In this document: piece after piece, positions 12,823 to 25,886 of the stretch | Numbering within the stretch: position 1 is the first letter of the stretch | Layout: the number at the start of each line of letters is the position of its first letter | Assembly: GCA_010356995.1 (NCBI GenBank) | Contig: ML996689.1 | Coordinates: 452,691-516,690 of the forward strand | DNA: 64,000 nucleotides | Direction: 5' to 3' | DNA from: Trichodelitschia bisporula | Lineage: Eukaryota | Made by a program: the position numbers and the translations under genes | Notes under the pieces: generated by a model | Seen by the model: only the letters and a program-made list of their open reading frames with translations | Database searches by the model: none | What the model was told of the DNA's origin: nothing

Positions 12823-13983
12823 TGAACAACCTCGTGCTTGAACAACCTCGTGCAGCGAATGAAAGCTTGGCAGCGGGAAGGGCAGGTCATGACTGGCTAA
12901 CCGCAAGCCACCGCGGATTGGACGATTCCGAATCGGGGTCAAGGACTGGCAAAAGGTTTGATTCCTGGCGGAAGGGCTTTGGTGTTAAAGACCCCAGCAG
13001 AATTGGATTGCGCAGTGAACGACCTATCTTTCGTTTCTGAAGATTGGGATGGGGATCAGGGCTGTCTTGCGCACGTCGAAAACGAGAAATTATGCATCCC
13101 ATAGCTTGAATATGGCCCTGTCGGCCCGTGTGTCGAGTAGGTGGCAGGGTGGTTTCTGCAGCGAAGATCGTCTTCGGCAGTGCTTCTTTGCTGTAAGAGA
13201 TGAAGTGCTGTTTTAAGGTGAACTGAAATCGAGATTTTCATCGAGGTAATAGCTAGCATACTGAGCGAGAGTTGCGAAAGATGAAGAGGGCGAAGCAAGT
13301 CCGCCTCTTTATCACCACACAGCGCCGGAAAAATGTATTTCCCTTCTGTTCAGGTCGTGTGTCGGATCTTAGATCTTTTAACAACCTCGTGCAGCGAATG
13401 AAAGCTTGGCAGGGTGGGGGGAGAGTGGACAAGGGTTCAACAGTCAAAGAAGAGCCAAGGGCATCCCCCGCCTTGCTAGGGTGAGGGGCAGTCCCCTAAT
13501 CCCTTGCAGACAACGACAAGCGTCACGGCGACTCCATGTACCGTACAGAGCGGGCTACGGGCTTTCAACTTGGGCCAGAGGATTTGCGGCCACTGCGGAA
13601 TTGGCCCAGCACCGGCTGGCTCCACCGGCTTTGGGTTGGCGTGAGTTTTCAACCGCACCACCTCCATCGCTTCAACTGCAGCTCCTGCTTCGCTGCCCCA
13701 TCTGTCTTGACCAATCGCTTTCGCATCTCCGTCTACCAGAACTTCAAAGCCTCAAAGCCCAGGCCGAAACCCTGCTTTTGCACAATATCCGTCTGCATTG
13801 GTCCCTGTCCCTTTTTGGACAACTGATGCAAATCCCGATTGTTGGGCATTATTGTCACCAGTCTCTCCCCTTCCCAGCTTCTCGTGGTCAGCAGTAACCA
13901 GCGGGAAGGGCAGGTCATGACTGGCTAACCGCAAGCCACCGCGGATTGGACGATTCCGAATCGGGGTCAAGGACTGGCAAAAG
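12823..13983. repeat. Dispersed direct duplication: block A+B (12841-12954) versus A (13380-13412) ... B (13901-13983)
   Basis: AACAACCTCGTGCAGCGAATGAAAGCTTGGCAG and GCGGGAAGGGCAGGTCATGACTGG...GGCAAAAG each occur twice, identically. Confidence 0.9.
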
Positions 13984-14162
13984 AATCCAAGATCATTTAA
14001 GATGCCGCATTCTTAACTCCGGTGCATCTCCACCTCGTTGTCGGCGCGTAACGATCAAAGTCCCCCTCCCGCGACTGCGCGTGCTGCACACCGCCGTCCT
14101 CGATCCGGCGAAATTCCCGTCACTCTGCGAGCTGCTGGGCGGCGACAAAACTGACCGTCTGT

Positions 14163-14447
14163 CCACCTTGTACAGGGGTAGGGTGTGATGCCTAAGGCAG
14201 CCTTTGCTTCACACGTTTTCCGCGCGGGCACTTAATCTTGAGAGGGTTCGTTGTGCATTTTTCGACCGGCGCATTTTTCGGCCGGCGCGGGGTCCACGAC
14301 CGTCAATCCACCTTGTACAGGGGTAGGGTGTGATGCCTAAGGCAGCCTCTGCTTCGCACGTTTTCACAAAATCTTGAGAGGGTTCGTTTTGTACAGGGGT
14401 AGGGTGTAATGCCTAAGGCAGCCTTTGCTTCACACGTTTTCCGCGCG
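14163..14447. repeat. Three ~60-bp direct repeats with TGCCTAAGGCA palindrome upstream of GAL7
   Basis: TTGTACAGGGGTAGGGTGTRATGCCTAAGGCAGCCTYTGCTTCRCACGTTTTC in units at 14163-14226, 14308-14365 and 14389-14447. Confidence 0.9.
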
Positions 14448-14663
14448 TCACTGGCGTCCAACGCGTCAAGCGGGAGCCAGGCTGAGAGTAGTTAGCCGAG
14501 CGCCTGGTGCGTCACCATGCAGGGAGGGGCATGTGAAGAAATCGGTGATGCAGGACGGCGCATGAACGCCGACGGCTGCCCAGCTTTATGCATCGATCGG
14601 CAATAAAACATCGCCTACCTTCAGCCTCTTCACCCCCAAACATCCTTCACAAACATTGACAAC

Positions 14664-15998
14664 ATGGCCGACGAGGTCCTCAACGACATCTCCCACCGCC
14701 GCTACAATCTCCTCCGGGGAAGCTGGCTGCTAGTCTCACCACACCGCACCAAGCGGCCCTGGCAGTAAGACGCCGCACTCCAAAATCTTCAGCACGCTGA
14801 CCAAAACAGAGGCCAGCAAGAAGCACCCTCTAAAACCGAGCTCCCCTCCCACGACCCCTCAGTTCGTCTCCCCCATCACCCCACCCCTCACTAACCCCCG
14901 CAGTGCTATCTCTGCCCCGGCAACCAGCGCGCCCAAGGCGACACCAACCCCGCTTACGCCAGCACCTTCGTCTTCGTAAACGACTACAGCGCAGTCAAGG
15001 AATCACAAGCAGCCTACAGTCCCCCCGACCAAGACGGAACGCTGGAGAAGCGCCTCCTCCGCGCCGACCCCGTCACGGGCAAGTGCTACGTCATCTGCTT
15101 CTCGCCGGAGCACAACCTCACGCTGGCGGACATGACGCCTTCGCAGATCCTGCCGGTTATCGAGACGTGGACGCGTATCTACGGAGCGCACGTTTCGCCG
15201 TCCTCGCCGTTCGCCCGCCTTGTTGGGCCCGTCGAGGCCCCGCCCCGCGACCCGCATGCCTCGATCACCCAGCCCGAGGCCCAGTACCGCTGGATGCAGA
15301 TCTTCGAGAACAAGGGCGCGGCGATGGGGTGTTCGAATCCGCATCCGCATGGGCAGGTGTGGACTACGACGGGCACACCTGAGGAGCCTGCGGCGGAGCT
15401 GGTGCAGCTTATGAAGTATCGCCGTGAGCAGGGCGGCGCGCATATGCTGGCGGACTATGCGGAGCTGGAGTCGCGGAAGAAGGAGCGGGTGGTGTTTGAG
15501 AATAAGGCGTTTGTGGCTGTGTGTCCTTGGTGGGCGACGTGGCCGTTTGAGGTTCTGGTTGTGAGTCGGACGCATAAGCGGGCGCTGGTCGATTTTGATG
15601 ATGAGGAGCGGCGCGCGCTTGCGGAGGTTATGGCGGAGGTCACCCGCCGCTACGATAACCTGTTCGAGACGCATTTCCCTTACAGTAAGTGGCACTTGTC
15701 TGGCTGGTTGGCGTGGACTGACGGATACAGGCATGGGACTGCATCAAGCGCCGCTCGAGGGTTCTGCGGAAGAAATCGAGTCCAGCTATTTCCACATGCA
15801 CTTCTACCCGCCATTGCTGCGCAGCGCCACGGTGCGCAAGTTCCTAGTTGGGTACGTAGCTCGATCCGCATGACAGCTTTCCGCGGCTAACGCAACAGAT
15901 ACGAAATGCTCGCCGAGCCGCAGCGAGACATCACGCCCGAGCAAGCGGCCGCCCGTCTGCGCGACTGCGGCGGCGAATTATACCGCAAGAAGCTGTAA
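14664..15998 (+). CDS. GAL7: Galactose-1-phosphate uridylyltransferase (introns 14765-14809, 14862-14903, 15685-15730, 15852-15898)
   Basis: [54 protein letters not shown] (active-site HPH), [22 protein letters not shown]. Confidence 0.97.
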
Positions 15999-16105
15999 TT
16001 TTGCACCGGATCTAGCCCATGCCCCTCCGCATAATTAGACCAAGCATAATTTCCCCCTTGTAGACCAACCCCGCGAAATCCTATATCCAAATCCCCTCCG
16101 TGTGC

Positions 16106-16598
16106 CTACTTCACATAATACCCCCACTGCAACCACATCCACAACAGACCCCCCGCAGCCGCAAACGCCGGGCCCGCGAGTCCGCGCCCCCACCGCGCGG
16201 TCCCGAATACTAGCCACTCGGAGTAGAAGTGGAAGGCGGCGAGCAGATAAGTTGCAAAGCCGAGCTGGTAGAAGGCGGCGTTGTCGATGTTGTAGGCGGC
16301 GTAGATGCGGACTAGCCCGGCGAGGGTGGTCCAGGTGCCGAAGGTGCGGCTTGAGAGTGGCGTTGCGGGCGAGGTGAGTGCGGGATTGTTCGTTGAGGAG
16401 GGGGCGCCGAGGTACACTTGTTGTGTGAATTGAAGCGTGAGGTAGGCTTGGATGCTGTTTGCGAAGGACACGACGCCGACCTAGGGGGTTAGCTTTTTGG
16501 GGATTGGGGGGGGAAGGCGTGCGTACGAAGACGAGGAAGGGGGGGAGGAGGCCGGGGTGTTGGGGGAGGTAGGACTGGAGGTGGGCGAGAGAGGCCAT
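16106..16598 (-). CDS. ERG28: Ergosterol biosynthesis protein Erg28 (intron 16481-16526)
   Basis: YLPQHPGLLP...NSIQAY...TPLSSRTFGTWT...RIYAAYNI...HFYSEWLVFGT. Confidence 0.92.
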
Positions 16599-17026
16599 GG
16601 TGGGATTGATGCTGGGTTAATTGGTGTTTTGGCTTGTCAATTGGTGCTTTGCGATGCTTTTGTTGTTGGTGGTGAATCGGGGGAGGTTGAGATGCGGAGG
16701 TGATGTCCTCCAGTCGGGGGGCCTGAAGCTTTGTTGGATGGCCTGAAGCTCCGTGCGCGAAGTTCCGGATTGGCGGATGCGCGCAGGGGGTGCCCGATCG
16801 ATAATTCGATTGAGAATTGCGGACTGTTGGGGATACATCACCTCAACCTCACTCGTTCCTCACACTTCTACTTCTACACCTCACTCCCACTGAATCGACC
16901 ATCGTATTGCGGAATTCGACTTCAAACCCATCCCCCGAGCGCGAAAACCCTTCTACTCGCCATCTCCAGCGCATTCTCGGCCCCAGCGCCTCACTCAACA
17001 ACTTTCCACCCCCACAAGATACCACC

Positions 17027-18080
17027 ATGCCCCTCCCCTCCACCCTCTCCTCGCCGAGCGCACAACCCGCGCTCCTCGGCCTCGCGGCCGTGGGTGGGCT
17101 ATACCTCTCGCTCAAGGTGTTGAGCTTCTTCCGGCTCCTCGCCAGCCTGTTCCTTCTGCCGGGTGACTCCGTACGCGTCCTCCCCCCTCCAACCTCTTCC
17201 CTCATATCAAACTGACCCACCCCCGCAGCTGTACAAATTCGGCCCCAAAGGCTCCTGGGCCGTAATCACCGGCGCCAGCGACGGCATTGGCAAAGAATAC
17301 GCCCTGCAAATCGCAGCCAAGGGCTTCAACGTCGTCCTCGTCTCCCGCACAGCCAGCAAACTCGAAGCCCTGGCCACGGAAATTCGCGCAAAAACAGGCG
17401 TCCAAGTCCTCACCCACGCCATGGACTTCAGCTCGCCAGACACCGCACCTTATGATAAACTCGCCCAACTAACCGCCCCACTGGATATCTCCCTACTCAT
17501 CAATAACGTGGGCCAATCGCACAGCTACCCGGAGTACTTCATCAACACGCCCAAATCCGAAATTGACGATATCATAACCATAAACTGCCTCGGCACTGTA
17601 CGCGTAACCCGCATGATCGCACCGCTGATGGCAGCCCGCAAACGCGGTCTCATCCTCACAATGGCCTCCTTCGGCGGCGTCCTGCCCACACCCCTGCTCG
17701 CAACTTATTCCGGGAGCAAGGCCTTCCTGCAGCACTGGGCCGTAGCCCTAGGAGCTGAACTCGCGCCCCACGGCGTCAGCGTGCAGGTCGTACAGAGTCA
17801 CCTAGTCGCCAGCGCCATGAGCAAGATCCGGCGCGCCAGCGCGATGGTGCCTACGCCGAAAACATTTGTTCGGTCCGCGTTGGGGAAGATTGGACGGAGT
17901 GGCGGGAGCCAGGGCGTGCCGTTTACGGTAACGCCGTACTGGGCGCATGCGTTGCTGCTTTGGGGGATTCAGTTGTTAGGCGTGTGGTCGGGTTTCGTGT
18001 TGCAGAGAAATTTGGTGATGCATGAGACTATTAGGAAACGGGCGCTGAAGAAGGCGGAACGCGACGCGAAGAAGCAGTAA
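17027..18080 (+). CDS. IFA38: Very-long-chain 3-oxoacyl-CoA reductase, SDR family (intron 17171-17228)
   Basis: N-terminal TM segment, [39 protein letters not shown] (YxxxK), C-terminal KKQ. Confidence 0.93.
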
Positions 18081-18360
18081 GGGATGCAGGGCGGATGGGG
18101 GTGGAGGTGTTTGAGTAGTTACGGCTTTAGGGGGTATTGCGTGTTGGGATCTGATCGAGGTCGGTGGTAGGAAGTCTGATTATGTACAGGATAAATCGAA
18201 AGTCGCAAAACTATGCTCGAAAGGCTATGCTCGCATTACCGCCCTTTATGCCCACACACGCCACGTTGACGAACATGCACGAAGCTGCATTAAACCCCTT
18301 CCGATATTTATGTTTTCCCTCCCGGCGCAAAAAGAACTCGCCCAAAATGGCAAAAAGAAC

Positions 18361-18432
18361 TAGCTGAAGGTGGTTTCGATCCACCGTCCTCCGGGTTATG
18401 AGCCCGGCGCGCTTCCACTGCGCCATTCAGCT
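18361..18432 (-). tRNA. tRNA-iMet (CAT), initiator
   Basis: Reverse complement AGCTGAATGGCGCAGTGGAAGCGCGCCGGGCTCATAACCCGGAGGACGGTGGATCGAAACCACCTTCAGCTA: A1:U72 pair, GGG/CCC anticodon stem, GATCGAAA T-loop, downstream T run. Confidence 0.96.
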
Positions 18433-18527
18433 TGGTTAATGGTTAGGGAAGGCGCTATTGGGGTCATGACCCTAAGGATCTTTGGAAGGGTCCACTTCCG
18501 CTAGCCCGCCGGCGCACCGGAGCGCGG

Positions 18528-19627
18528 CTACACCACGTCAGCCGCGCGGCCCGTGGCGACGTGCGCCTTTGCTTTGCGCTTCTCGGTTCCGGACTTGAAG
18601 ATATGGGTGAGATCACCAACTACACATGTTAACACAGCCCAGCACAGCCCAGCACCAAGGGATAGGGGCACACATACCAGGCATCGGAATCCCGAGGTCA
18701 ACACTCGCAACCAACATCCCCGCAACCAGCCAAAACCCGCTCACATCACAGATAAACAAGAAAGCCCCAGCAACGACCTGCAACTTATGCGCAATATCCA
18801 TATTGCCCTGCGCCGCGTGGAAGTAGCTCCCCGCCAGACTAGGGAGGCAGATGACGAGGGAGAAGAAGATGGCGAAGAAGCAGATGTTCGTGCGGAGGGA
18901 GGCGATCATGAAGATGAAATTGATCAGGCCGAAGGCGATGAGGTAGAAGGCGTAGCTGTTGTAGAAGACGGTGGGGTCGGTGTAGGCGGCGACGGCGTTG
19001 AAGGAGGGGGTTAGCGTTGCGCCGAAGGAGAACCAGAACGCGGCTGTCGCGGGTTAGCCGATACTCACAAAATGTGGCACTGACGAAGACGCAGCTGCGC
19101 TACTCACAGAACGTCGCGAACACAACGCACGGGAACGTATTCCCGAGCAGCCACTCCCCGATCGCACCGAGCACCATGAGCATCCCGCCGTAGAAATAAT
19201 AGTTCCCGACCGTTGCCGCCCCGACGCCCGCGCCGCCTGTTCCCCGCCAGCCCATTAGGTCCATGGCGAGCGGCGTTGCGCACATTAGGAAACCGACTAG
19301 GGCGACGGGGGTGGGATTGCCGTATGTCTTGCGCAGGTCGCCCTTGACGGCGGTTTGGGGCGAGAGGTAGAGCTGCTCGAAGAGCTCCGGCGAGATGTTG
19401 ATGCTGCCGGCTGTGCGGATGCGGTGCAGGGCCTCGTCGTTGGAGGGCGTGGGGTGTAGGTTTTGGGTGCGGTAGCCTGGGGGTGTTAGAGATGAGATGG
19501 TTTGAGGAGAGGGATGCTGGGAGGAAGTACCACCGTTTTCCACGCCATTGGTCCCGTTGGTGTACCCCTTGCTGAAGTCCTTCTCGACATGATCGTGCCC
19601 GAGGGCAGCGTGTTGTGGAGTGGCCAT
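18528..19627 (-). CDS. GPR1/FUN34/YaaH family acetate permease, AcpA/Ady2-like (introns 19044-19107, 18620-18677)
   Basis: ISPELFEQLYLSP...GNPTPVALVGF...GEWLLGNTFPCVVFATF-SAFWFSFG...SLRTNICF...PVGDL. Confidence 0.9.
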
Positions 19628-21746
19628 GGTGCTGGTCTTGTCTGAGGGAACTCGAATATAGGGGTTTCAAGTATCGGTAGTGGAGCAAGGCACGCGACAG
19701 AGACACTTTCCCGACCCATGGGGCCGGGGGAGTTCATATACGGCATTGACTCCGCACCCCGGATACCGGAAACCGTGTTGATCCACAAAAAGGAGATGGT
19801 CGCGGGTGCGTGGGTCTGGGGTCAGGGGGGGTTGCTAGTGCTTCCCCGCAAAAGGGACGACGCATGGTTGGCCAGATGTCGAGATGGTGGGTCTGCGGGT
19901 CCATGAGGAGGTCCAGCTACTACGTGGTATGTTGCAATGTGACAATGATATCAATTCCTCTCAGCACATCCAGAGCTGCATTTCCATTCCGATGCCCACC
20001 ACTCGCCCATGTCATAAACCATTCCGATGCCCACTGTCTGTCCGCACCCAGCTCACGGAAGCTTGAATGCCAGCCCTCGACCTCGCACCGGGAATAAGGC
20101 CCGCGACGTCATTCGCCCGGCGCAGCAAGGCTGTTGCCAAGGCAGCCGAACCAAACCATCCAGCGCATCCCCAGTCGTTTAACGCCGATATAGTTAGCAC
20201 GCGTCTAGCGCGTACTCGCCGACCACTCAATACCCGTCGTCCCACTTGCTTCTCCGCCGTCGCCAATGAGCACTCAGGTTGTTTTCCCCGCAATTCTCAC
20301 CCGTCGGGCCGCTTCGTTGAGGCGGATGATGCCGCGGGTTGGGGAATTGGATGGCAGATGGCAGAGGTGATTCGAGATGGATGCTGGGATTGAGAGCAAA
20401 GTCACGCTTTCCGGTGTTGAAACCACAGACTCGTACACTCCGCGTGTGGCGGCGTCTAAACCGTCCCGGGGGGCCAGATTCCGCAAAAGCGCCGTGTACA
20501 AGGCCGAGCCAGTACAACGCTGGCGCGTCGAAGCTCCAGCCTCCGTCCTAGCTCGACATCAGCTCATCGTCCCTAATAATGAGCAACTCAGATAAAGAGT
20601 AGAGCCAACGAAGAAGCCGTTTCTCGAAAGTTGATATCCAGACTCCCCCCAAGAACGCAAAACCGGACAAGAGGCTCCACCTTCCCCGCAACGATCGACA
20701 TACCCCGCGCACCGCCGCATCTCCCTCACCACACGCCGCACTCTAGTACCATCGCAACTCCCAATTGAATCCCCCAATTGAATCTATCAGGCCATCGGGC
20801 CGTAAATGCAGCTGTTTTAGCCGCGGCGATTCACGTCCGCGCGCAGTCAAGGCGGTCAGCACTAGCCAGCGATCAGCCCGCCAACTCCACACGCGCAGTT
20901 GCCAGACAAGAAGCCGAGCATCGAAGTGACGATGATGCACAAGCGGAGACGATTGACGTGTTGTCCCATGCGGCACAAACCAATGGAATGGTGTTCCACC
21001 ACAGCGGAGTGAGTAGATGGAGGTGGAGCGCGCGGGGTGAGGTTGAGGGTGCCAAGCGGCTTTCCGGATTGGGTGTCCCCCATGGGGAAGAGGTCAGGGA
21101 TTGGTGATGGGATCGGTGATGGGGTTCGGGGGAGGCATGCAAGCATGGCAATGGTCCGGGGAGATGATTGGGTAGGCGGGTAATGTTTCCTCGGGCTGGG
21201 AATTTGGCATGTGTTTATGATTTCGGCTTGTAAAGTCGAATAGTGAAAGGCACTAGGCGAGTACGAGTATTAGTTCGGCAAAAGCAAATCATGGTAGCCT
21301 TTAATTGTGGATAAATGATCTTCAATATGTTGATAGATTCAACTAGACTCTCCAATTGTATACTTAGAGTCTTGATAGCCATGCACTCAGGCCTGTCGCC
21401 ATCTGAATCTCCGATTGAGAATGACCGTTAGCAAATTAGTGGCTCGCCAGCGTTGGCTCGGCACATCGTGCTAAATTTCACTTAGACATGGGAGATCTCC
21501 CAAAGGCTGACGTGTAATACGCTGGAGGACTATGTCCAAATATACACAACCAGCACTGTACCTCGCGGAAGCCAGCCGTGGCGGAAGAATCTGGGCTGCG
21601 TGCGACTCCAACTGTTCATATAAGCGGGCTTCACATGATAATATTGCGGGAAAAGGAGGACACAAGGGCCGGGGAAAGGCAATCGGGTCCGCAAGAACTA
21701 CTAGTCCCGGAACGGTCTATTGTCATATCTCATTACGGGCGTTGCT

Positions 21747-22624
21747 TCAGGTCTGTACAGCCGGATACTTGTAGAAGTCGGGGGTAATCTCGAGCACGCC
21801 TTCGGGCCGTTTCCCCACGCTGTCCCAGAAGGCTTTGCGTTCCTGGACCAGACGCTCGAACCACTCACGCACCTGCGGGAAGACAATCTGCGAACCGACA
21901 CGCAGGAATTCGGCAAGATCCACGGAGCCCTTACCGGCCCGCTCGTACTCCACCATCTGGAGCATAAGCTCGATCTTGTCGACGTCGTGAACGAACTGCG
22001 ACTCCAGGGTCTTGCTGTCTTCGTACTCCGTCCACAGCGTTCGGATCTCTTCTGTCCCAACGAGGCCACAGTTTCCGAGAAGGTCTTTGCACAGATAGTC
22101 CATGGTGATCTCCTCGCGACGTGACTTCTCGGCCTTGGGGACGCCGTCCACGGGGGTGATGTCGCCGACCAGAGACTCGGCCATGTCGTGCACTAGGGCC
22201 ATTTTGACGCAGCGGGAGGTATCAAGTTTGAGCGACGCGGGAGCCAATAACGAGATGATGGACATGCGGTACATGTGGTCCGCGATCGACTCCCCGCTGG
22301 TGATACCGAAGCGGCGCCAGCCCTCACGCTTTGTGGTCTTGAGGCGCTCGAGGATGTGAAAGAACGGAACGGGAGATGAAGTGTGAGTCTCGGGCCTATC
22401 GGGGAGAGTGGACAGGACTGGTGCTGATCAGCATGGTGCCCGGGGTGGAATTAAAGAATGCTGCCGGGTTGTGCAACGCAGCAGTGTGACTCGACGTACC
22501 GGTCTCCGGTGTCCATTCCTCCTCCGCGGAGGCCCCATGGCCTTGCGCTAGGACAGGTTAGCTTGCCGTTGAAGCAAAGAATCAAGTAGGGACCAAACGA
22601 ACACGTTGTAACGTCGAGGGGCAT
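21747..22624 (-). CDS. HD-domain 5'-deoxynucleotidase, HDDC2/YBR242W-like (introns 22548-22602, 22418-22499)
   Basis: PFFHILERLKTTKREGWRRFGI...ESIADHMYRMS...MALVHDMAESLVGDITP...FVHDVDKIE. Confidence 0.92.
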
Positions 22625-23106
22625 CTCGTGGAGCGGAGTGCGGAGCGGGGTCGTTTTCCGGGCTTGTGGTGGGGAGGCTTAAACTTTGACTGGTACCGTA
22701 GGAATGCCGTGAAGTAGCACAGCAAACACAGCAGCTGTTAAGAGTAAAGTATGGGTAGCAAAGGAAGTAGAGAGTGAGTGAGAGAAGAGAGAAGAGAGAG
22801 AGAGAGGTCGGTTTTATGGAACAGCAAGAAAGCAGTGCGAAAGGAAGGAAACAAAAGCGCGTCGCCAACCAAAAGGGAACTGCAATCGCCGCCAGGGAAA
22901 AACGGGACGCACAAGCCACTGCAGACTGCAGGGGTGGGGGGGCGGAAGGGTCAAGAGGTCAAACTCCACAAATGGGCCGTGAGAATGCGCATCTCCACCG
23001 CATTCGCTGGCAAACAAAACAACAACAACCACCACCATCACCCGCAACCACACACCTCTCCATGATCTCCGTTCGTTCACCTGCTGCTCGCACCTCATGA
23101 GCGACA

Positions 23107-25700
23107 ATGGCCCGCCTTCAGCCCGCCTCCAACTCCGCTCCTCCTGTCGCGGCGCTGCCTCTCCGTCCTGTCGCTGACCTGTTCGTTACCAACCTCCGCC
23201 TGCTCGACCTTGACCGCAAGCCGGACTGGCCAGGCATCACCCCGCGCACCTTTTCGACGAAAGACTCGCAGCAAAATCAGAAACAGCGCATCAGATGCGT
23301 CGAGTGGGCGTTATTCCGGTTGTTTGAGATTTGGGATGCGGACGAGGCGCGAGACGTAGGTTGCTTCTTTTTTTGACCGTAGATTGCATGCTGAGTGCGC
23401 AGAAACTCCAACCCTTCTTTCCGCCTCTCGAACCGCTGCAGTCGCTTAACCTGCGTGCGGCCCTTTATCGCTCGCTCAATGAATTGAAAAAGAATGGCGT
23501 GCTCGGGCGCGAGTCGACGCTGCGCAAGACGATGCTGGACGAGTGCAAGGGCGATAAGCTCGTGGAGATTCTTGTCGTCTTCTCGACGGCCGTGTTGCGC
23601 AAGGTAGAGCTTGCGCGCCTCAGCGACGCGCGCCGTGCTCCTGTCGCTATTCGACTGGCGACGGCGTCGATGCTGGACCCTGCCCAGCAGCGCTCGCTAC
23701 TCCCGTTGGCCATCGCCCACCGTGCGGCGCTCACCCGACTACTCCAGCGTAAGGAGCAGATGCGGGAGCGAGTCCGCGAGTTCAAAAATCTGCTTGACAC
23801 TAAGAGCGCGCAGCTGCAGGAACGCTGGGACAAGTGCTCTAAGACACAGCTTGCGTCCGTCAGCGCAGCCGAGGAAGCGCAGGCGAAAAAGACGCTGCAC
23901 GAAAATTGGCCTGGCCACAGCAAATGGCCGGAGACGCTGCTCTACGGAGACGATACCGAGGCCGGCGACCAGCTGCTGCACCAGCCCTTCCAGGATGTGT
24001 GGCGTGTCGTCATGTCGGGCGGCACGCTGCAGCCCGCCGAGGAAACAGTCGGGTTGCTGCAGAATCTCGAACAACGCATCAGCAACCAGGCCGAGCGGCT
24101 GCAGAAGTGGCAGGCATTCCGCGAGAAGATAGTCAAGACGCCGACTGCGGAGACGACTCGTGCGACGACTACCGCGCAAACGGAACTCCCCTTCCAATTC
24201 AACCAGCACCAGCTCTTGCAGCCTGAAACAGCGGCCGCCCCCAGCGTGTACGACGAGGAAGTGGCCGAGCGTGTACACACCTACCAGGATATCGTTGCGA
24301 AGATGCGTACTGACCTCGCCGCCGCCTCTCGCACCAAGCGGGATGGTGGCTTGGGCTGGAGCGTTGACATTGACAAAGCTGCGACGCGCAAGCCTGCCGC
24401 TCGTCGGTCTCCTCAGCCTGGGAACATCACGCGCTTCGGCCCAAATCGCTCGGCGCAGGATCATATCCTCGCGCAGCGCGATGCCTTCCAGCCGTACAAG
24501 TCGGCGCCATTCGACAATGTCTTTTCGCCGGCCAAGCAGCCCCTCCCGCCCGCGGCGAGCATCAATGTCCCTATTCCTGAACCGGCAACTCAGCATCTGG
24601 ATCTCGAGACTCGTCTCCGCCTTGTCAAGTCACGTGCGCTCGATGCGGCTGCCACGGAAGCCCGTGAGACAGCAGCGGCAGCGGCAGCGGCGCCGAAGCC
24701 GAAGCCCAGCATCCCAAAGCCAGTGATGAGTGCAATTCCGTCCCTCCGCCCTACCGCTCCCGGTGCGTTGCAACGAAGTAATACCAATCCCTCGCTCCGC
24801 GTCACAGCTCCCAACCCCCCGAAATACACCCCGCAGATCCCGCAGCTCCCGCTGCCACGCACGCAAAGCAACCCCGTCGTTCCCACCAGCAGCAACACAG
24901 GTGGAGGCATAACCACCAACCCCGCAACAACCATGCCCCCACCCCCCGCCCCCTCCCAACCATCCCGCTCCCATTCCCGCACAAACAGCGCCGCCCGCTC
25001 CCCCCGCCCCGCGCACTCAAGGCACAGCTCCTTCGCCCCCCCATCCCCTTCACGACGCAGCTCCTACGCGCCCGCCTCGCCGTCCCTGCCCTCGCCCTCG
25101 CCCTCGCCGGACTCAGACGATCCGGCTGCCAAAATCATCGCGGGGATCATGAACGCCGCGCCGCACTCGCCTACCAAGCGTTCCGCCCCGCTCAGCCTCG
25201 CCGAGCGCACGCGGTTGTCCATGATCGCGCACAGCGCGGCGTCTAAGCCAGCGCTTGTGCCATCGTCCCCGCCGTCCGCTCCCGGATCCGCCGCCTCGAC
25301 GTCGCCGCCGCAGAGCCCCGCGGCTGCGGCGCTGGATCGCCGCTTGAGTCTCATGGAGCGCACGCGACACTCGATTGCGCTGGTGCCCGCGCATGCGCCG
25401 CAGCCGCTGCGTCCGGCTAGACGGACGAGTTTGTTTCCTGTGAATCAGTTTGAGGGGCAGGGGATGCGGGGTGTGGGGGAGGGGGTTCGGCGCGATGCCA
25501 CGCCTACTGATGCGCTATTTAGTGAGGATGCGGAGTATGAGAGTGTGTTTAAGAGCAGGCCGAGGGTGGCGTTGAGTCCGGTTTGGAGTCCGAGTCCGGA
25601 GGGGGAGAGGGGTGTTGGGTTGGGGTTGAGGGTTGAGGAGGAGGAGTGGGTTGGGAGTTCGCCGTTGGATGGGAGAAGGGAGAGGGGGGTTAGGGTTTGA
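23107..25700 (+). CDS. HAUS augmin-like complex subunit 6 N-terminal domain protein (intron 23356-23402)
   Basis: LFVTNLRLLDLD...RIRCVEWALFRLFEIWD...KLQPFFPPLEPLQSLNLRAAL...RKTMLDECKG, coiled coil, and C-terminal YESVFKSRPRVALSP. Confidence 0.85.
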
Positions 25701-25886
25701 TTGGTGGGGATTGGGGGCGATGATGGTATGAGGGTATGAAGCATCTCATCTCTTGCTTGGATCGTACATTTGGGTTTGGCGGCGTTCTTGTAGAAATAGC
25801 ATACTTCACTCTCCAATATATCCATGTACAACATGCTTTTACGCACTCCAGTGTTCCTTATATTCAAGCTTGCCTCCCACGCCCCG

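Noticed and set aside
14163..14447. CRISPR-like array
   Set aside because: Eukaryotic context, ~60-bp repeats, irregular spacers that share sequence with each other, and no cas genes.
3438..15998. Galactose/galacturonate metabolic gene cluster (lgd1 + GAL7)
   Set aside because: The genes are 10 kb apart, separated by unrelated genes, act in different pathways, and there is no GAL1 or GAL10.
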